Source: Octopus vulgaris
Taxonomy: Eukaryota
Assembly: GCA_951406725.2 (NCBI GenBank)
Contig: OX597829.1
Span: 9,300,001 to 9,364,000 of the forward strand
Reading direction: 5' to 3'
DNA length: 64,000 nt
Shown here: in pieces, positions 26,067-40,498 of the stretch
Layout of the letters: every line of letters begins with the position of its first letter
Position numbering within the stretch: the stretch's first letter is position 1
The notes under the pieces: generated by a model
Database searches by the model: none
The model's input: the letters and a program-made list of their open reading frames with translations, nothing else
What the model was told of the DNA's origin: nothing
Translations under genes and position numbers: made by a program

Positions 26067-26151
26067 GCTGATTCCTCGTCAGTTATCGCCCCAGGGTCCT
26101 TACAATTTCATGCCTTCATCGATAATATTGTTCACATTTGGTGGCGTCAGC
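26067..26151 (-). ncRNA. Candidate non-circularly permuted hammerhead, family 3
   Basis: GCUG ACGCC a cca aauguga ACAAU A UUAUCG augaa GGCAU GAA AUUGU aaggaccc ugg gg CGAUAA CUGACGA ggaau CAGC. Confidence 0.6.
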
Positions 26152-26280
26152 GATGAGAAGCTACTGGGTATAGCGAACCTATATATATATATATATTAAT
26201 AATAATAATATGACAACAAAAGAATGAATAAGACCTCGATATTACGTAAATAAAGGAATTTATCTATAAAAATAATATTC

Positions 26281-26411
26281 GACAATTAGTTGTTTGTCAT
26301 AATAAAACTCAGAGTTTCGGATACCGGGGCTGAAGTTTTCTCCATCATCTCATCAGACTTCAGCCCGGCATTCGAAACTCTGAGTTTTATTACGACAACC
26401 AACTAATAGTC
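26281..26411. mobile_element. Palindromic pseudo-LTR fragment with truncated type I hammerhead on the minus strand (26300-26356)
   Basis: Arms 26281-26335 / 26357-26411; minus strand CUGAUGA-gaugaugg...ccgguaucc-GAAA-cucugag-UU. Confidence 0.65.
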
Positions 26412-26416
26412 ACATA

Positions 26417-26499
<83 letters not shown>

Positions 26500-26500
<1 letters not shown>

Positions 26501-27524
26501 TAGCAGTATCGCCCGGCGTTGCTCGGGTTTGTAAGGGAAATAACTATATAAGCATTTTTAGAGAGTTACTTCCCTTATAGATGCCAATTCGGGCTTTCTT
26601 AGCCATTTCTGTTTTGGTGTCTTCAAGCCATGAAGTCATTGTTCTAAAAGAACGCTGGTCTCCTTGACAACGCTTTACGACGTTGATTTCCTTACACTCC
26701 CTTCCCCACAGCTTCACGAGGGAGGGAAGAAGGGGGAGAAGCAAACAGGTGCATGTGTGACCATGGACGCCAACTCCGCCGCCATCGACACACGAAAAAT
26801 TATGCATTAAAATGGAATAAAAAATGATGTTAAATTATTTTTAAAATCGTAGACTCATCGTAGATGCGCGCTAATACTCAGACGGGCTCGATATGAATCA
26901 CGACTATAAGATACCCGAATTTGGTTAAACTGCACCGCAAAATGTGGGAGTAGTTAGGAATCTAAATCGAAGGGGACAGACACTCACACAACTACAGTTT
27001 TATATATATACTAGCAGTATCGCCCGGCGTTGCTCGGGTTTGTAAGGGAAATAACTATATAAGCATTTTTAGAGAGTTACTTCCTTTATAGATGCCAATT
27101 CGGGCTTTCTTAGCCATTTCTGTTTTGGTGTCTTCAAGCCATGAAGTCGTTGTTCTAAAAGAACGCTGGTCTCCTTGACAACGCATTACGACGTTGATTT
27201 CCTTAAACACCCTTCCCCACAGCTTCACGGAGGGAAGAAGGGGGAGAAGCAAACACAGGTGCAGGTGTTTGAGCGTGGACGCCAACTCCGCCGCGATCGA
27301 CACACGAAAAATTATGCATTAAAATGGAATAAAAAATGATGTTAAATTATTTTTAAAATCGTAGACCCATCGTAGACGCGCGCTAATAGCCAGACGGGCT
27401 TGATATTAATCACGACTATAAGATACCCGAATTTGGTTAAACTGCACCGCAAAATGTGGGAGGAGTTAGGAATCTAATTCGTAGGAGACAGACACTCACA
27501 CAACTACAGTTTTATATATATAGA
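26500..27524 (-). mobile_element. Two head-to-tail non-autonomous Helitron copies (26500-27010, 27011-27524)
   Basis: Minus strand 5'-TCtatatata... and 3' hairpin cccgagcaacgccggg followed by CTAG; inserted in (TA)n. Confidence 0.85.
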
Positions 27525-28029
27525 TATATATATATATATATGTAATATATATATATACTAGATAAAAATCATGTAAAAAGATTCGCCAAAACAATCGCAA
27601 TAATGAAAACATAGGAATCCAAAATTTCAGGATTGCAGGTCCGGATTCAGCACGGAGTGTTTTTAATTTACTCACGAAATCAGCCTGATTCCAAAATGGT
27701 ATATGTTGGTCTACGTTCTCTAGGAGTAAAGTTGAAAAAGTGTGACGCACTGACACACTGACATTCACATTTATTATATTTAATATGTTTAATAGGAGAC
27801 CCTATTTCATTTAAAGTATATTTTATAGTTATATGTGCGTGTGTGTGTATGTATATCTATGTGTGTATATATATATACACACACACACACACACATATTT
27901 ATGTACTAAAGAAAGGATAAAATAAAACAAAACGATAGTGTTCAGTAGATGGTTCAGTATGCTGACCACAGGAATTTCTGTCCAGGAAAGTTGTACATCA
28001 TCTCCCTCTTTCACTCACATCCTCACTCT

Positions 28030-28071
<42 letters not shown>

Positions 28072-28323
28072 ATTGCCATCACCAATACTACTACTTTTAA
28101 TAAAATATCAACTCTCCCTAAATTTCTCTCCCTCTCTTTCTCTCCCTCTCTTTCTCACTCTCCCTCTCTCTCTCTCTGTCTTCGCCGCCGCCCTCACCGC
28201 ATCTAGACCAACTATTACTCTCACCCCAGCATGAAAAAAGTATCATTGAATAATGAGAGACGGGGTTCAATGTGTGACACAATGACACACAGAAATTAGT
28301 TTCTGCATTTATCATATAATATT

Positions 28324-28415
<92 letters not shown>

Positions 28416-28588
28416 TTTTATTGTATTACGTTTCAGTCATTTGACTACGGCCATGCTGGAACAACGCCTTAAGGTTATTAGTCACAGAAAGCCCCCCCCC
28501 CCCTATTTGTATGTGAATATATATACATATATATAAATCTATATTTACCTTTCTCTCAATCTCTGTCTTTTTGTCTATGTACATATAC

Positions 28589-28648
<60 letters not shown>

Positions 28649-28661
28649 GTATGTATATACA

Positions 28662-28804
<143 letters not shown>

Positions 28805-29691
28805 CATAGATATAGATACATATATATATCTGTAGATGATAAGCATTATTTGATCTAATCCAGGCAAAATTTATACAGTCAATAAGTACACAATTTTTGA
28901 ATGAGACTCGCCCTAGAACGATGCTCAAAATGTTCAGCTTTTCTGAGAACGTATTTCATTGAGTTTTTCAGAAAACTCACGATAAGAATATATTTATAAA
29001 GAAAAATGAAGAATTGTACTAATTTATCTAATTAGTGCAACTGATTAGAACGTTTCCCGAGAAATATTTACGCGTCCACAATTCGACAAGGTCGAATGTA
29101 TTTTGTTTCTCTGTCTACGTTAAACAAAGTAATTTTAGTAAAATTTGCATAACCTGAAAACTTCTTGCAAGGATGTCGCTCTTTGGAAATGTTTCAGCGA
29201 CATAGGTGCAAAACAGTAGTCGCTATCTTGACGTATGGGGGCATTCACTTAAATACACATGTATGTATGTATGTGTATATGTACTGCATATATGCGTGCG
29301 TACACAAACGCATACGTTTCAATGGTTGTCTGTGTTTATCGACAATGCTCTGCGTCGTCTTGACTATTCAAGTATTTTAGTAGAGAAGAATGTTCTCAGC
29401 TTCGTAGCAAGCGAGTTTCATTGACTGACACATCGATATACAAATTTATATAGGCGTACACACACACGCACACACACACACACACACACACATACACACA
29501 CACACGCGCGCGCATACACACACACACACGCGCGCGCACACACACATACACAGACACAGTATACACATATTTGCATGTATATATATATACATATATATGT
29601 AAATATATGCATACATACATATATGATATATATATGTATATATGTATATATATATTTGTATATATATATACATGTATATATATATGAATAT

Positions 29692-29726
<35 letters not shown>

Positions 29727-29939
29727 CACTCCCACACATATACACAGCAGTGTCAACGTAAAATATACGGAAAGAGATAGACAGACACACAGTCAAGCAT
29801 CCAGATAGACAGATGGATAAAGAAATAGAAAGATACATGGATATATATATATACATATATACATGGCAAGAAGTTGGTTAGATTCACAATCTCTCTCTTT
29901 GAATTAAATAAATAAATAAATATATATATATATATATAT

Positions 29940-30007
<68 letters not shown>

Positions 30008-30208
30008 ATAGATAGCTAGATATAGACAGATATATAGAAAAATAGATAGATAGGTAAGCTTGGCCTATGTTCATATATACACTTACTGATAGTTACAGTT
30101 ACGCTTCAAGTTATTATTCTTTGATTCTTTATCTGTGTCTCTCTATCTAGATATGTGTATGAAGCAGTTTTTGTGTGTACGAGCTTGTATGTGTATACGT
30201 GTGCGTGT

Positions 30209-30260
<52 letters not shown>

Positions 30261-30701
30261 GAGAGAGATATCTAAGGGAGGAGTGCGAAGACAGCAAGCA
30301 ATTGAAAATATGTACAACTATAACAAATTGCGAGTCAAGGCGGACAATGTGGGCGGGTTGCGAACCCCGATCGCCGGATACACATGCATCCACTCTATAA
30401 AAGCATGGAATACGTTTGAAGATAAGGCGTGGCCGTTTCTAGACACGGGATTCGACTGTCATTGGAATGTCATTGAAAAATTCAAGTCTATGTTGTCTTT
30501 TGAAAAGAGTGCCAAAGTGTCTTGGTACTCTTCCTGACAGACTCCCAACCCATGACACTCCTGCAACACCCATGGCTTGGTCACATACATACGTATAGAC
30601 ACACGCACACACATGCACGATCACACACAAACGCACACACACACACACTCATTGATTGGGCACACCCATTTTCTTTCATATTATTGTAGTTTGCGTACAG
30701 C

Positions 30702-30771
30702 GACGACGGCGGCGGCGGTGGTGGCGGTGGTGGTGGCGGCGGCGGTGGTGGCGGTGGTGGCGGTGGTGGGT
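30702..30771. repeat. (GGC/GGT)n GC-rich trinucleotide repeat
   Basis: Direct inspection. Confidence 0.9.
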
Positions 30772-31027
30772 GAATTTCGTTTCTATTTGTATCTCAGAAC
30801 GGTGTTCTTCAATATTTCTGCAACATATTGTCAATAACCATCTATATACACTCGTTCTGAAAAAAACATATACATAAACATATAAATACATATATACAAC
30901 CGTACATAAATACATACATAAGTACGTACATACATGCATATATACATGCATACATACACACATACTTACGTGCGTACATACATATATGTAATATGTATAT
31001 ATATATATTTATTTATCTCTTACTCCT

Positions 31028-31093
<66 letters not shown>

Positions 31094-31256
31094 AACTCAA
31101 ATACAGAAACTTTTGCAAACACGGAACACATAAGCATACACTCATGTTCACACAATCTCACAAACACATTGACACATCCACTCACAAACACGCGTATATA
31201 ACTGTGTGTGCGCAAACACACACACACAGACATATATATATATATGCAAACACACA

Positions 31257-31289
<33 letters not shown>

Positions 31290-31643
31290 ATGTAGAAAGT
31301 GAGAGAAAGAGAGAGGAAGTGAAAGAGGGAGAGTGTGGGAGAGAGGGGAAATAGAAATTACAGAGAGGAAGTGAAAAAAGAGAGGGAGAGATTCATTAAC
31401 AAAAGCCCAGCATGCATCACAGCTGCACGCAGTTAATGAAAACGCAAACTTAAAGCACATAAACACAGATATACAAACACACACACATACACGTCTGTGT
31501 GTGTGTGTGTGTACATTTTATATATATATATATATATATATAAATACAGGAATGTATATATCATATGTATGTATATATATGTATATATACATATATATAC
31601 ATACATGAATTTATATATATATATCATATATATGTATATATGC

Positions 31644-31695
<52 letters not shown>

Positions 31696-31963
31696 ATATA
31701 TATGTATGTATGTATATACATAGATGTACTCTCTCTCTCACACACATACTCACATACATTACTTTATATATATCACACATATATATGTAATATATGTATA
31801 CACATACACTTCAGCAAAATACACTCATCTCAATGATATAAACAATTACACGTGCTTATGCTGATATTCGTTATTCATAAGATAGATTTATACATTCCAA
31901 AACAGACGAATATATATGCATGTATATATGTATGTATATCTTTGTACATCTATCTATCTATCC

Positions 31964-32043
<80 letters not shown>

Positions 32044-32045
32044 CG

Positions 32046-32130
<85 letters not shown>

Positions 32131-32519
32131 ACAGATACACACACACGCACATATTAGTAAACAGAAACTATTGACACCTCTGAATTGCAATATCCCCAGG
32201 CATAAAATGGAATATCGCTGTTGTTACCCGGTGAGGTCATTAGTGAGAGCTAAAAGGAGGCCCCCAAGGAGAATTAATGGAGGATGTTGTCAGAAACGGT
32301 TCATGTGTTAGTGTATAGGTCCCGTGATCAGTTAGTTTATATTACTGTGTGGAAGTATATATATATATATATATACCGATATACATACACAACACTCCCA
32401 TACGTAAATGCACGCGCGTGCACACATACACACACAAACGTACGAATTCATGCACCAGCATATACACTTGTGTGAACATTTGCATCTACGAATATGTGTA
32501 TACATATACGAGCATATTG

Positions 32520-32608
<89 letters not shown>

Positions 32609-32789
32609 CATACAGCGGAGTACCAATTTTTCTCATGAGCATGCACCCTTGCCAGGTACATATATCTCTTTGTTCATTAGAGCATCAATATCGTTGTAGT
32701 GCCAGAAAATACTTTCTATTTTTTAGAGCGAAATATGTGGAAGTCTACCGAAACTATAGATTATATTAATATTTCTTATCTGTTATAAT

Positions 32790-33390
32790 TTAAAGCGGCA
32801 GCGGTCATCACGATGGATGCAGACTGGCAGGTTTTCGTAGCTTGACCGATAAAGAATTTAGATCAAACATGCTTCAGGCGTTGGGGGACAGTTGCCTCCC
32901 TGCCGATTCTATTGTCATTCAATTGTCTATCGTCAGCAAATTCACTTCCCATGTACGAAAAGTCCTTCAACATTCTCCTGAGCAAATCAACTGGACTTGT
33001 TGATACACTTCCTTACCATTCATTGCTGGACTGAAGACCAGCCTACAAGCTATCGTTGCTGGGATGTGTGATCATTCGATGCGTTACCGAAAATGTGGCA
33101 CTAAAGATTTCGGCACTAAGGTCATTGGCGAAGTCAAGGACTGTGAGGTTTCCATCTCCCCATTCAATGCCGTATACAAGGTCTCCAGTGGACTTCCTAA
33201 TGATGAATCTTACCACTAGCATGAACCTCTTCTTTCGTTCTGTTGCACCAATATGTCCTCCAGCAAAGTGGTCACATGATGCTGATGTAGTAAGTGGACA
33301 CTCAATACATCTTAATGATTTCGCATAAAAGTTCCCCATGAAAACTTTCAAAGGATTTCTTGAAGTCGAGCTTCACCATACGGCTATGAC
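32790..33390 (-). mobile_element. RTE-like LINE RT fragment, decayed
   Basis: Minus-strand GIEWGDGNLTVLDFAND (L.DLDFADD-like), KDFSYMGS, NRIGREA. Confidence 0.7.
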
Positions 33391-34140
33391 ATCACAGGCT
33401 GGTTATGGAAGAGGTGAATCACCGAGCTATAATGCAGAATGTGGACAATCAGAAGAAGATAGATAGAAAGACTGTCGAAAGTATACACATCTCACACATA
33501 ACTCCATCCATCCATCCACACAGCCATATATACATATATCCAAACATTCTGGTTATTTTAGCTGAGTATATCCATCTCGCTTTCACTGAAGATTTCTGTC
33601 CCTGATTTTATCAAAAGTATTAAAAATCAAATCGATTCGTGCAATGCATTCAGTGTTGCATATCTTAGCTACATCACTCAGACACATCTTACAGTATGAC
33701 AAGTCTGGTTTCAAGTGTACTTATCATCTTGATGTTTGACAACAAGACTATTAAACTCTTCCGTCAAACTCATTGAATGCTCTTATGATACAGACTTACG
33801 ACTACAATATCCCTCCAACACACACACACACTATATATATACATAAAGATTTGTAGAGGTAACACACGAGTAAGTAGATATTTAGCGCTCACAGTCAGTC
33901 GAACTTGACTTGTCATGCTACCAGAACCAAAAGATATTATCACGTGTTCTTTCAGGAAAAAGGAAAGTAAACTATGAATGTTACTTGTAATTTTAATCTT
34001 AATTTAATTTTTTTAATAGTTCTTTTCTCTATATATATTCCATTTTAGTCCATATTTTTGATCAAACTTCTTCAAAAACCGAAACATATAACAAGAAAAT
34101 TCAAATGTATCCAATTTTAAGAAAGTATTTTCGTTCTTTT

Positions 34141-34193
<53 letters not shown>

Positions 34194-34949
34194 TAGACTA
34201 ATTAGTTAATGCATAGAAAAAATAAACACAAGAGTAGGAAGGCAGATTATGAGCTAAGAAGATGACAAAGCAAATATTAAGTTAAGTAAGTAAATCAAGC
34301 AGCAGACAACGTCAGAAATATGCAATGATACAATATTAATCAAAGAGTATTTTATGAGGAACATATATATGCCAATTAAGATATTAGAAGTTCTAACATT
34401 TCAGGTTGTACCATATGCCAAAAACGAGAATGTAATAACAGTGGAAAAGATAAAGAAATAGAAAACGATGTCAAATTTACGACATGCGTTTACATTATAG
34501 GCTTAATGTAAAAAGGATTGCAGATACAGGAATGGTTGCAAAAAGTGGCTAATAGTGAGAGTAAGTGAGGAAAGTGAAAGAGAGGGAGATGGAAAATGAG
34601 GGAGGGGGAATAAGTGAGAAAGCAGTGAAGGATGGAAAGAGAAAGAGAGAGAAAGCGAGTGATGAGGAAGCGGTGAATGAAAGAAATGAAGAAGCAAACG
34701 AGAGAAAAGGGGAAAAACCTTCTGTGCTTTTCAAGATGTTATTGCTCGTACGTATACATGTGTCCACGCGCGCTTAGTGAACTGTAATCTTCACCGTGAG
34801 ATTTGCATGTTTATTATTTGCATATTGAATCTGGGTGGTTGCCTCCACGAACATTATTAGAAACCAGCTAACTAACTTTGCCGAGATCGACTGAAGCAAC
34901 TGTCAACAGAGTGGAGGTGCTGTAAGTCGCACGTGCCGTGGAATAATGA

Positions 34950-35640
34950 CACAGTTGAGAAAGAGATCATAGCAGCAATTAATCTGACGTCATTGAAGCT
35001 CTAGGCAATGAAGTTCAATCTTAGGCATTGACAAATTCTACAGCATTTCATATGGGAACTGTTCTAAGCGTGGCTGGTTTTGAGGCTGCATTCAGAGACT
35101 AGACTGCTGAAACTTACAACGTCTCTTCAGTGGAACAATTAAGCATCTTAGATTGCACTGTGGTTGTAAAACTAAACATTCCAGTCTCCCAAGAATACCA
35201 CTTGTCATGTCTGTTGTAAGTGTTACTGATTGAACTATAGCCGTAGAAACTGGAGCCGTTCAGCGGAATAACACTTGATCTACAACCGAGGATAGTTATG
35301 TTTACATATGCAGAACGATGTTACCGTCGTGGCAATGGACGCACAAAATATTCAGGCGTGGGACAAAGAGTTTCTTTTTTAAAAAAAAACTGCACCGCAT
35401 AGAAAAAAAAAGAAAAAACAAATCAATATCCAAGTTACAATTTCATCATACGACAAGCAACGACGGTCCCCAAATCACCAAATCTTTTGCTAATATTATT
35501 GCCAACCAAAACGTAATTCTAAATTCAGGTTAATGCACATTGCAACTGATATCCGGATGGACCTTTTGTACGACCTGGAAGAAATCTATGCGAATGATGT
35601 GCGGACTGGGGAGAACTTGGAGTAGAAGTTTATGAGAATA
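34950..35640 (+). mobile_element. Possible very old LINE relic
   Basis: Weak GITLDL...FTYA and TWKK..AND-like pieces only. Confidence 0.3.
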
Positions 35641-35781
35641 TTAGGGTCCACTGATCCTAAGATAAAATTGCTTTATCAGCCGCCCCTCAATTTTTATATG
35701 TCGTGTTTTATTTATGTTTTAATACAAATCCATATTTTGTTTTCCTTTTGTTTTGTTTATTGAACTATTCCAGTACGTTCA

Positions 35782-36164
35782 TCTCTCTCTATATAAACGG
35801 CAGTTTGTCTGTGCGTGTTTCTGTGTGTCTGTTTGCTTGTACCCTCACCCTGGCCACGGCTTTCAACCGATTCTGATGAAACTTGACACACACATAGCCC
35901 AATGTCATAATTCAAAACTAACGTAGCGAAAATTTTGAAAAGTTCCCCCAGTTCTGAAAAAAATCGATAAATTCGACATGGGGTCGAGAATCAGAAACAC
36001 AAACCGCAAACTGTCTAGGGGACGCAACTCCACCTTTTTTCACTCTCAAAAAAAATTTACCATAATTTTTTCCATTTTTTTGCTATTTTTTGGCTATAAC
36101 TCTCTAAAAATGCTTTATAGTTATTTCCCTTACAAACCTGAGCAACGCCGGGCGATACTGCTAG
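35782..36164 (+). mobile_element. Non-autonomous Helitron
   Basis: a|TCtctctctatataaac ... cctgagcaacgccgggcgatactgCTAG|t; shares its 3' end with the 26500 family. Confidence 0.85.
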
Positions 36165-36309
36165 TATGAAATAACGATGTCTCTCCATTCATTTTAATAC
36201 GACGTAATCTTGTTTATTCCCAAATTTTTGTTTTTATTAATATCTATGAGTAGCATCCTTTTATATATAAATGTACTCTGTTTTAAGAGTATGAATACAA
36301 ATGATCACA

Positions 36310-36527
36310 GAGTACTTGGATGTGAAGAACTGGGACGAGGGCTCCGGATAATCCCTTGCTAATAGTTATAAGATTTAGCTTTGCAATTGCCTTTCGTCTG
36401 TGTCAGAAAAATTATTTACCAGTTAATTATCAGTATGCTTAATATATTTTCATATTTATTGCTGTGTTATCCATGGTTATTTTAACAAGAATATCCGGTC
36501 GGTTAGAGTTGATTTCCATGTCTGTGC

Positions 36528-36528
<1 letters not shown>
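36310..36528 (-). mobile_element. R4/Dong-like LINE endonuclease fragment
   Basis: Minus-strand ICTDMEINSNRPDILVK. Confidence 0.55.
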
Positions 36529-36570
<42 letters not shown>

Positions 36571-36573
<3 letters not shown>

Positions 36574-37202
36574 CAAGAAATTTTGTATGCATAGCACATG
36601 GAACTTCAGAAGGGTCTGCACATAACCATCTGTCATTTCTTCTGTTAACTTTTTTATCTTGGTCGAAGTATTTCTCGTTTGAGAAAAACCAAATCAAATC
36701 TTCTTCTGCTGGATTTTTCAATTTATTTAAGAGCCTTTTAGATCTGATATAGTGATTTTCTTTTGCTTTTTCTGACCAATTGACCTTTCCTCATCATATA
36801 AGACTTATATCTGATGTGTCCGTGGACAACATTTCTTACTGTTCTTTCTGACAAATGGAGAGCTTTTGCAATTGATCCCATAGACTTTCTGGGATTGTAA
36901 TTAAGGGTCTGTTGAATTTGCTGGATAAATTCAGGTGTTCTGATGATTTCAGACTGTTTAGACTGCTTTTTATGCTCTGATACTGGTGATACCTTTCCAT
37001 CTTTGTAGACGAAAGATCTGGCAACTTTAAATAATCGAGATATTTCTAAATCGCTATGCTCGGCCTGTATAACCACAATAACAGCATGCCTCTTCATTTC
37101 TTGAGTAAGCTGAGGGGTCTGAAACAAAGGCTTTACAGAGTTAGCAAAAGATGCAGCAATGACCCCCAAAAAGGTATGTCTTCAAATACCTTACGCACAC
37201 TG

Positions 37203-37204
<2 letters not shown>
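36571..37204 (-). mobile_element. Tc1/mariner-superfamily (maT/DD37D-like) transposase 5' part, truncated
   Basis: LEISRLFKVARSFVYK, NPRKSMGSIAKALHLSERTVRNVV, IWFFSNEKYFDQDKKVNRRNDRWL; TA-cagtgtgc end. Confidence 0.88.
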
Positions 37205-37266
<62 letters not shown>

Positions 37267-37313
37267 CACACATATATATCCATATATACATACATATATA
37301 CATACACACATAC

Positions 37314-37353
<40 letters not shown>

Positions 37354-38600
37354 TTTGTGTGTGTGTGTGTTTTGTGTGTGTTGTGTGTGTGTGTGTACCT
37401 GAACGTGCATGTGCCCACGTGCATAGGCGTGGCGAAGAGCTCATTGACAATGGGAAAAAAGGACGAAACTGAAACGATAATAGCAGAGACAATAAGGCCT
37501 GGCAACATGAAAATATTGCATTAGCCATGTTGTGTATTTGGTAATTGAAGTTTGTAACTCTTACCATCAGATTTGTACTCAAAATAAAAATCTGAGGTTT
37601 TTGTAAAATGCAGGTATATAGTTAAATACTTTATCTGAAATTAGTACAGTGACCATAAAGTTATAATTGTACATTTATGGTGCATGTAAGCAGTGGTGCA
37701 TGTATGGAGACGTGTTGCACATCGCGCAATGCTCTTTTGAAATATAAATAATCCAACTCGAGCACGAGAATATTCTGCAATTTCTTGCGGAAGGATCTGC
37801 ACAGATAATTTGTTTGCAGTGATTAAATGCATGTGCTGCACTTTAGTTCACTCACTCCATCAAATCGACATTTCTTGAATAGGTGCACAATGTAGTGATC
37901 GCCGTGCAACGTGAGATAAAGTGCTTTGTTCAAAAACACAGCACAACACGCTGTCTAGGCATTGAAATCGTTATCTCGCGATCCTGAATGCAACAACCTA
38001 ACATCTTATCCATGCATCCTGTCTTTATTTCACCTTATAGGATCGTAAACGTGATATCTTTCTATCACACTCTAACGACATATATATTATTTATAGTTAT
38101 GTTCTTATTTTGTTGTTTCCATTATCCATTTTCGTTGTTTCCCGTTCAACCGGGAAGCTCTTTTTATACAATAAAACTGTGTTTTATTATATGCAACTCA
38201 ATTCTTTAGATAGAAAAACATTTAAAGCACATTTTTGATTTCATCTAACTGGATTTTCCCCAGGATACTGTGAATACTCGAAACGGAAGTAGACAGAACT
38301 TTTACTGCGTAGTTACTTACAGAACAGAGGGATTCCATTGGTTGCTATGGATCTGATGATTCATTCTTGATTCAAAAACTGATATTATGATAACTAGGTA
38401 AAACGATGTATTAATACGGACTGACAGACAGGCAGATAATCAGACACACATACATATATTTATATGCACATATAATCATGTGTGCCTATGTGTGCGTATG
38501 TGCTATTATAAGAGTGTTTGTGTGTATGTGTGTGTGTATGTGTGCATGTGAATGAGTATGTATATATATATATATAGATAGATAGATAGATAGATAGATT

Positions 38601-38684
<84 letters not shown>

Positions 38685-38745
38685 GACAGATAGATATAGA
38701 TATAGATGTAGATATACATATATATATATATACACATTATATGCG

Positions 38746-39680
38746 AAGGTTTTCTTCGATTTTTATAATATGAATTTTAAACTGTAATTGTAATTTCAAA
38801 TTACCGGTTATTTAAAAAACCGTTAGTTGAAAGGACCAATCAAACAAATCCACTTTCAAATGTGTATCTTTCAAAGTAATTGTGTATTCATGCATATAAC
38901 TATGCATTCCAAAATGCTGCACCTTATTACAATAGCTCATTAAGGAAAAGTGGATTCTCTGAGAAGATCCAGTATAACCAACTTAATGCTAGCAGTAATG
39001 CTACACGTAGAACTAGGACCAGAAAAGTTTTGTGGTTCAACCCAGCTTTCAATTTGGCCGTGAAAGCAAATATTGGTAGGGAATTCTTGAAATAAATCTC
39101 TAGGCATTTTCAACCGGGACATAAATTTTATTGAATATTTATTAGAAGAACGCTTAAGATCAGCTATTCTTGCTGGAGAAACTTTGCCTCTTTCGTTAAC
39201 CAACACAACAGTAGGATAATTGCTAATAACTATAGTGCCGATCCTCTTAAAAATTGTAATTTCAAAGATGGGTCTTCCTGTCCGTTGGAAGGGAAATTTC
39301 TGGAGAAAGGAATCGCATATAGAGCCAAGGTGCAGATAGAAGGCTCACGCGAATATAGAACTTATACAGGGGCTTCTGAAAATTCTTTTAAAACCCGATT
39401 TTATTCGCATAAAAATTCCTTTACATACCTCGAAAATAGGACGAAGACCAGCCTGGCGAAATATGTCTGGAATTAAAAGAAAAAGAAGCCCGACCTTTCA
39501 ACGTGTCATGAAGTATTTCGGATAGAGCGGCACCATTAGGCACGTGCGCATAAGAGAAATTTCAAGTGCGATTTATGTTTGCTGGAAAAATATTTTATTT
39601 TATTCCAATTCTTTAAATCAAAGAAGCGAACTCTTGAATTCATACAGACACGCAGCTAAATTTAAAATGTCGACTAGCAA
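38746..39680 (+). mobile_element. Penelope-like element 3' part (post-RT region, Cys motif, GIY-YIG endonuclease), same family as 9219-11790
   Basis: AFQNAAPYY, RKVLWFNPAF, KISYSC, CNFKDGSSCPLEG, GIAYRAKV...YTGASENSFKTRFYSH, TSLAKYVWN; preceded by a repeat similar to 9219-9385. Confidence 0.92.
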
Positions 39681-40173
39681 TATATCATATGGATAGCGTA
39701 TATTTTTGATTCTTGGACTAGTTTTTAATCATACTGTTGGATTTGTTTCTTATTATGAATGATTTATTCCACATCGCAAAGTTTTTGTATACATTTCGAT
39801 ATATTTCTTAAGAAAAACCTTCGACTGTTATATACTAATATTATTTTCTTGTATAGGATTCTGCTTTTATTTCATTTCATTTTATTGTATTTTATGAACC
39901 CAGTTTGATCGTTTAATTTATAGATAATTCGATATAGGGTGATATATTTTGCATGTCTTTTATCTAAATTTTATTATTATGCACTCAGCAATTTTTAAAA
40001 ATAATGTTGTTTGTATATACGTCAGATCCTAGACATGTTTTTATGTGAATATTTGTATTGGCATGCATATTTATTCGTATACATGCTTCTATGTATATGT
40101 GTAAGTGAGCGTGTATATTTATACTATACCTACATACATACATACATACTTACATACATATATATATACATAC

Positions 40174-40239
<66 letters not shown>

Positions 40240-40403
40240 TCACACACGTATATATATATATATATATATATATAAAGGAATGTAAGTGTACGTACGCCGT
40301 CATATGTATATAAAAAAGGAATACAAAAATGGGACAAGAACGCAAACCATACAGACAGACGATACAAAAGAGGAACAAGAAAAATCACGGACGGGCCATT
40401 CGA

Positions 40404-40498
40404 AGTTTTCTCTCCTCAGTCGAGTTCCAGATTATCTTTGCAATTTCGGCTGGTTATACTCGAGATTGCTCCAATCTAGTCAGCTCCAAGGCAAAACT
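40404..40498 (-). ncRNA. Candidate non-circularly permuted hammerhead, family 2
   Basis: AGUUUU gccuugga GCUG a CUAGAUU gga GCAAU C UCGAGU auaac CAGC c GAA AUUGC aaagau AAUCUGG a ACUCGA CUGAGGA gag AAAACU. Confidence 0.68.
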
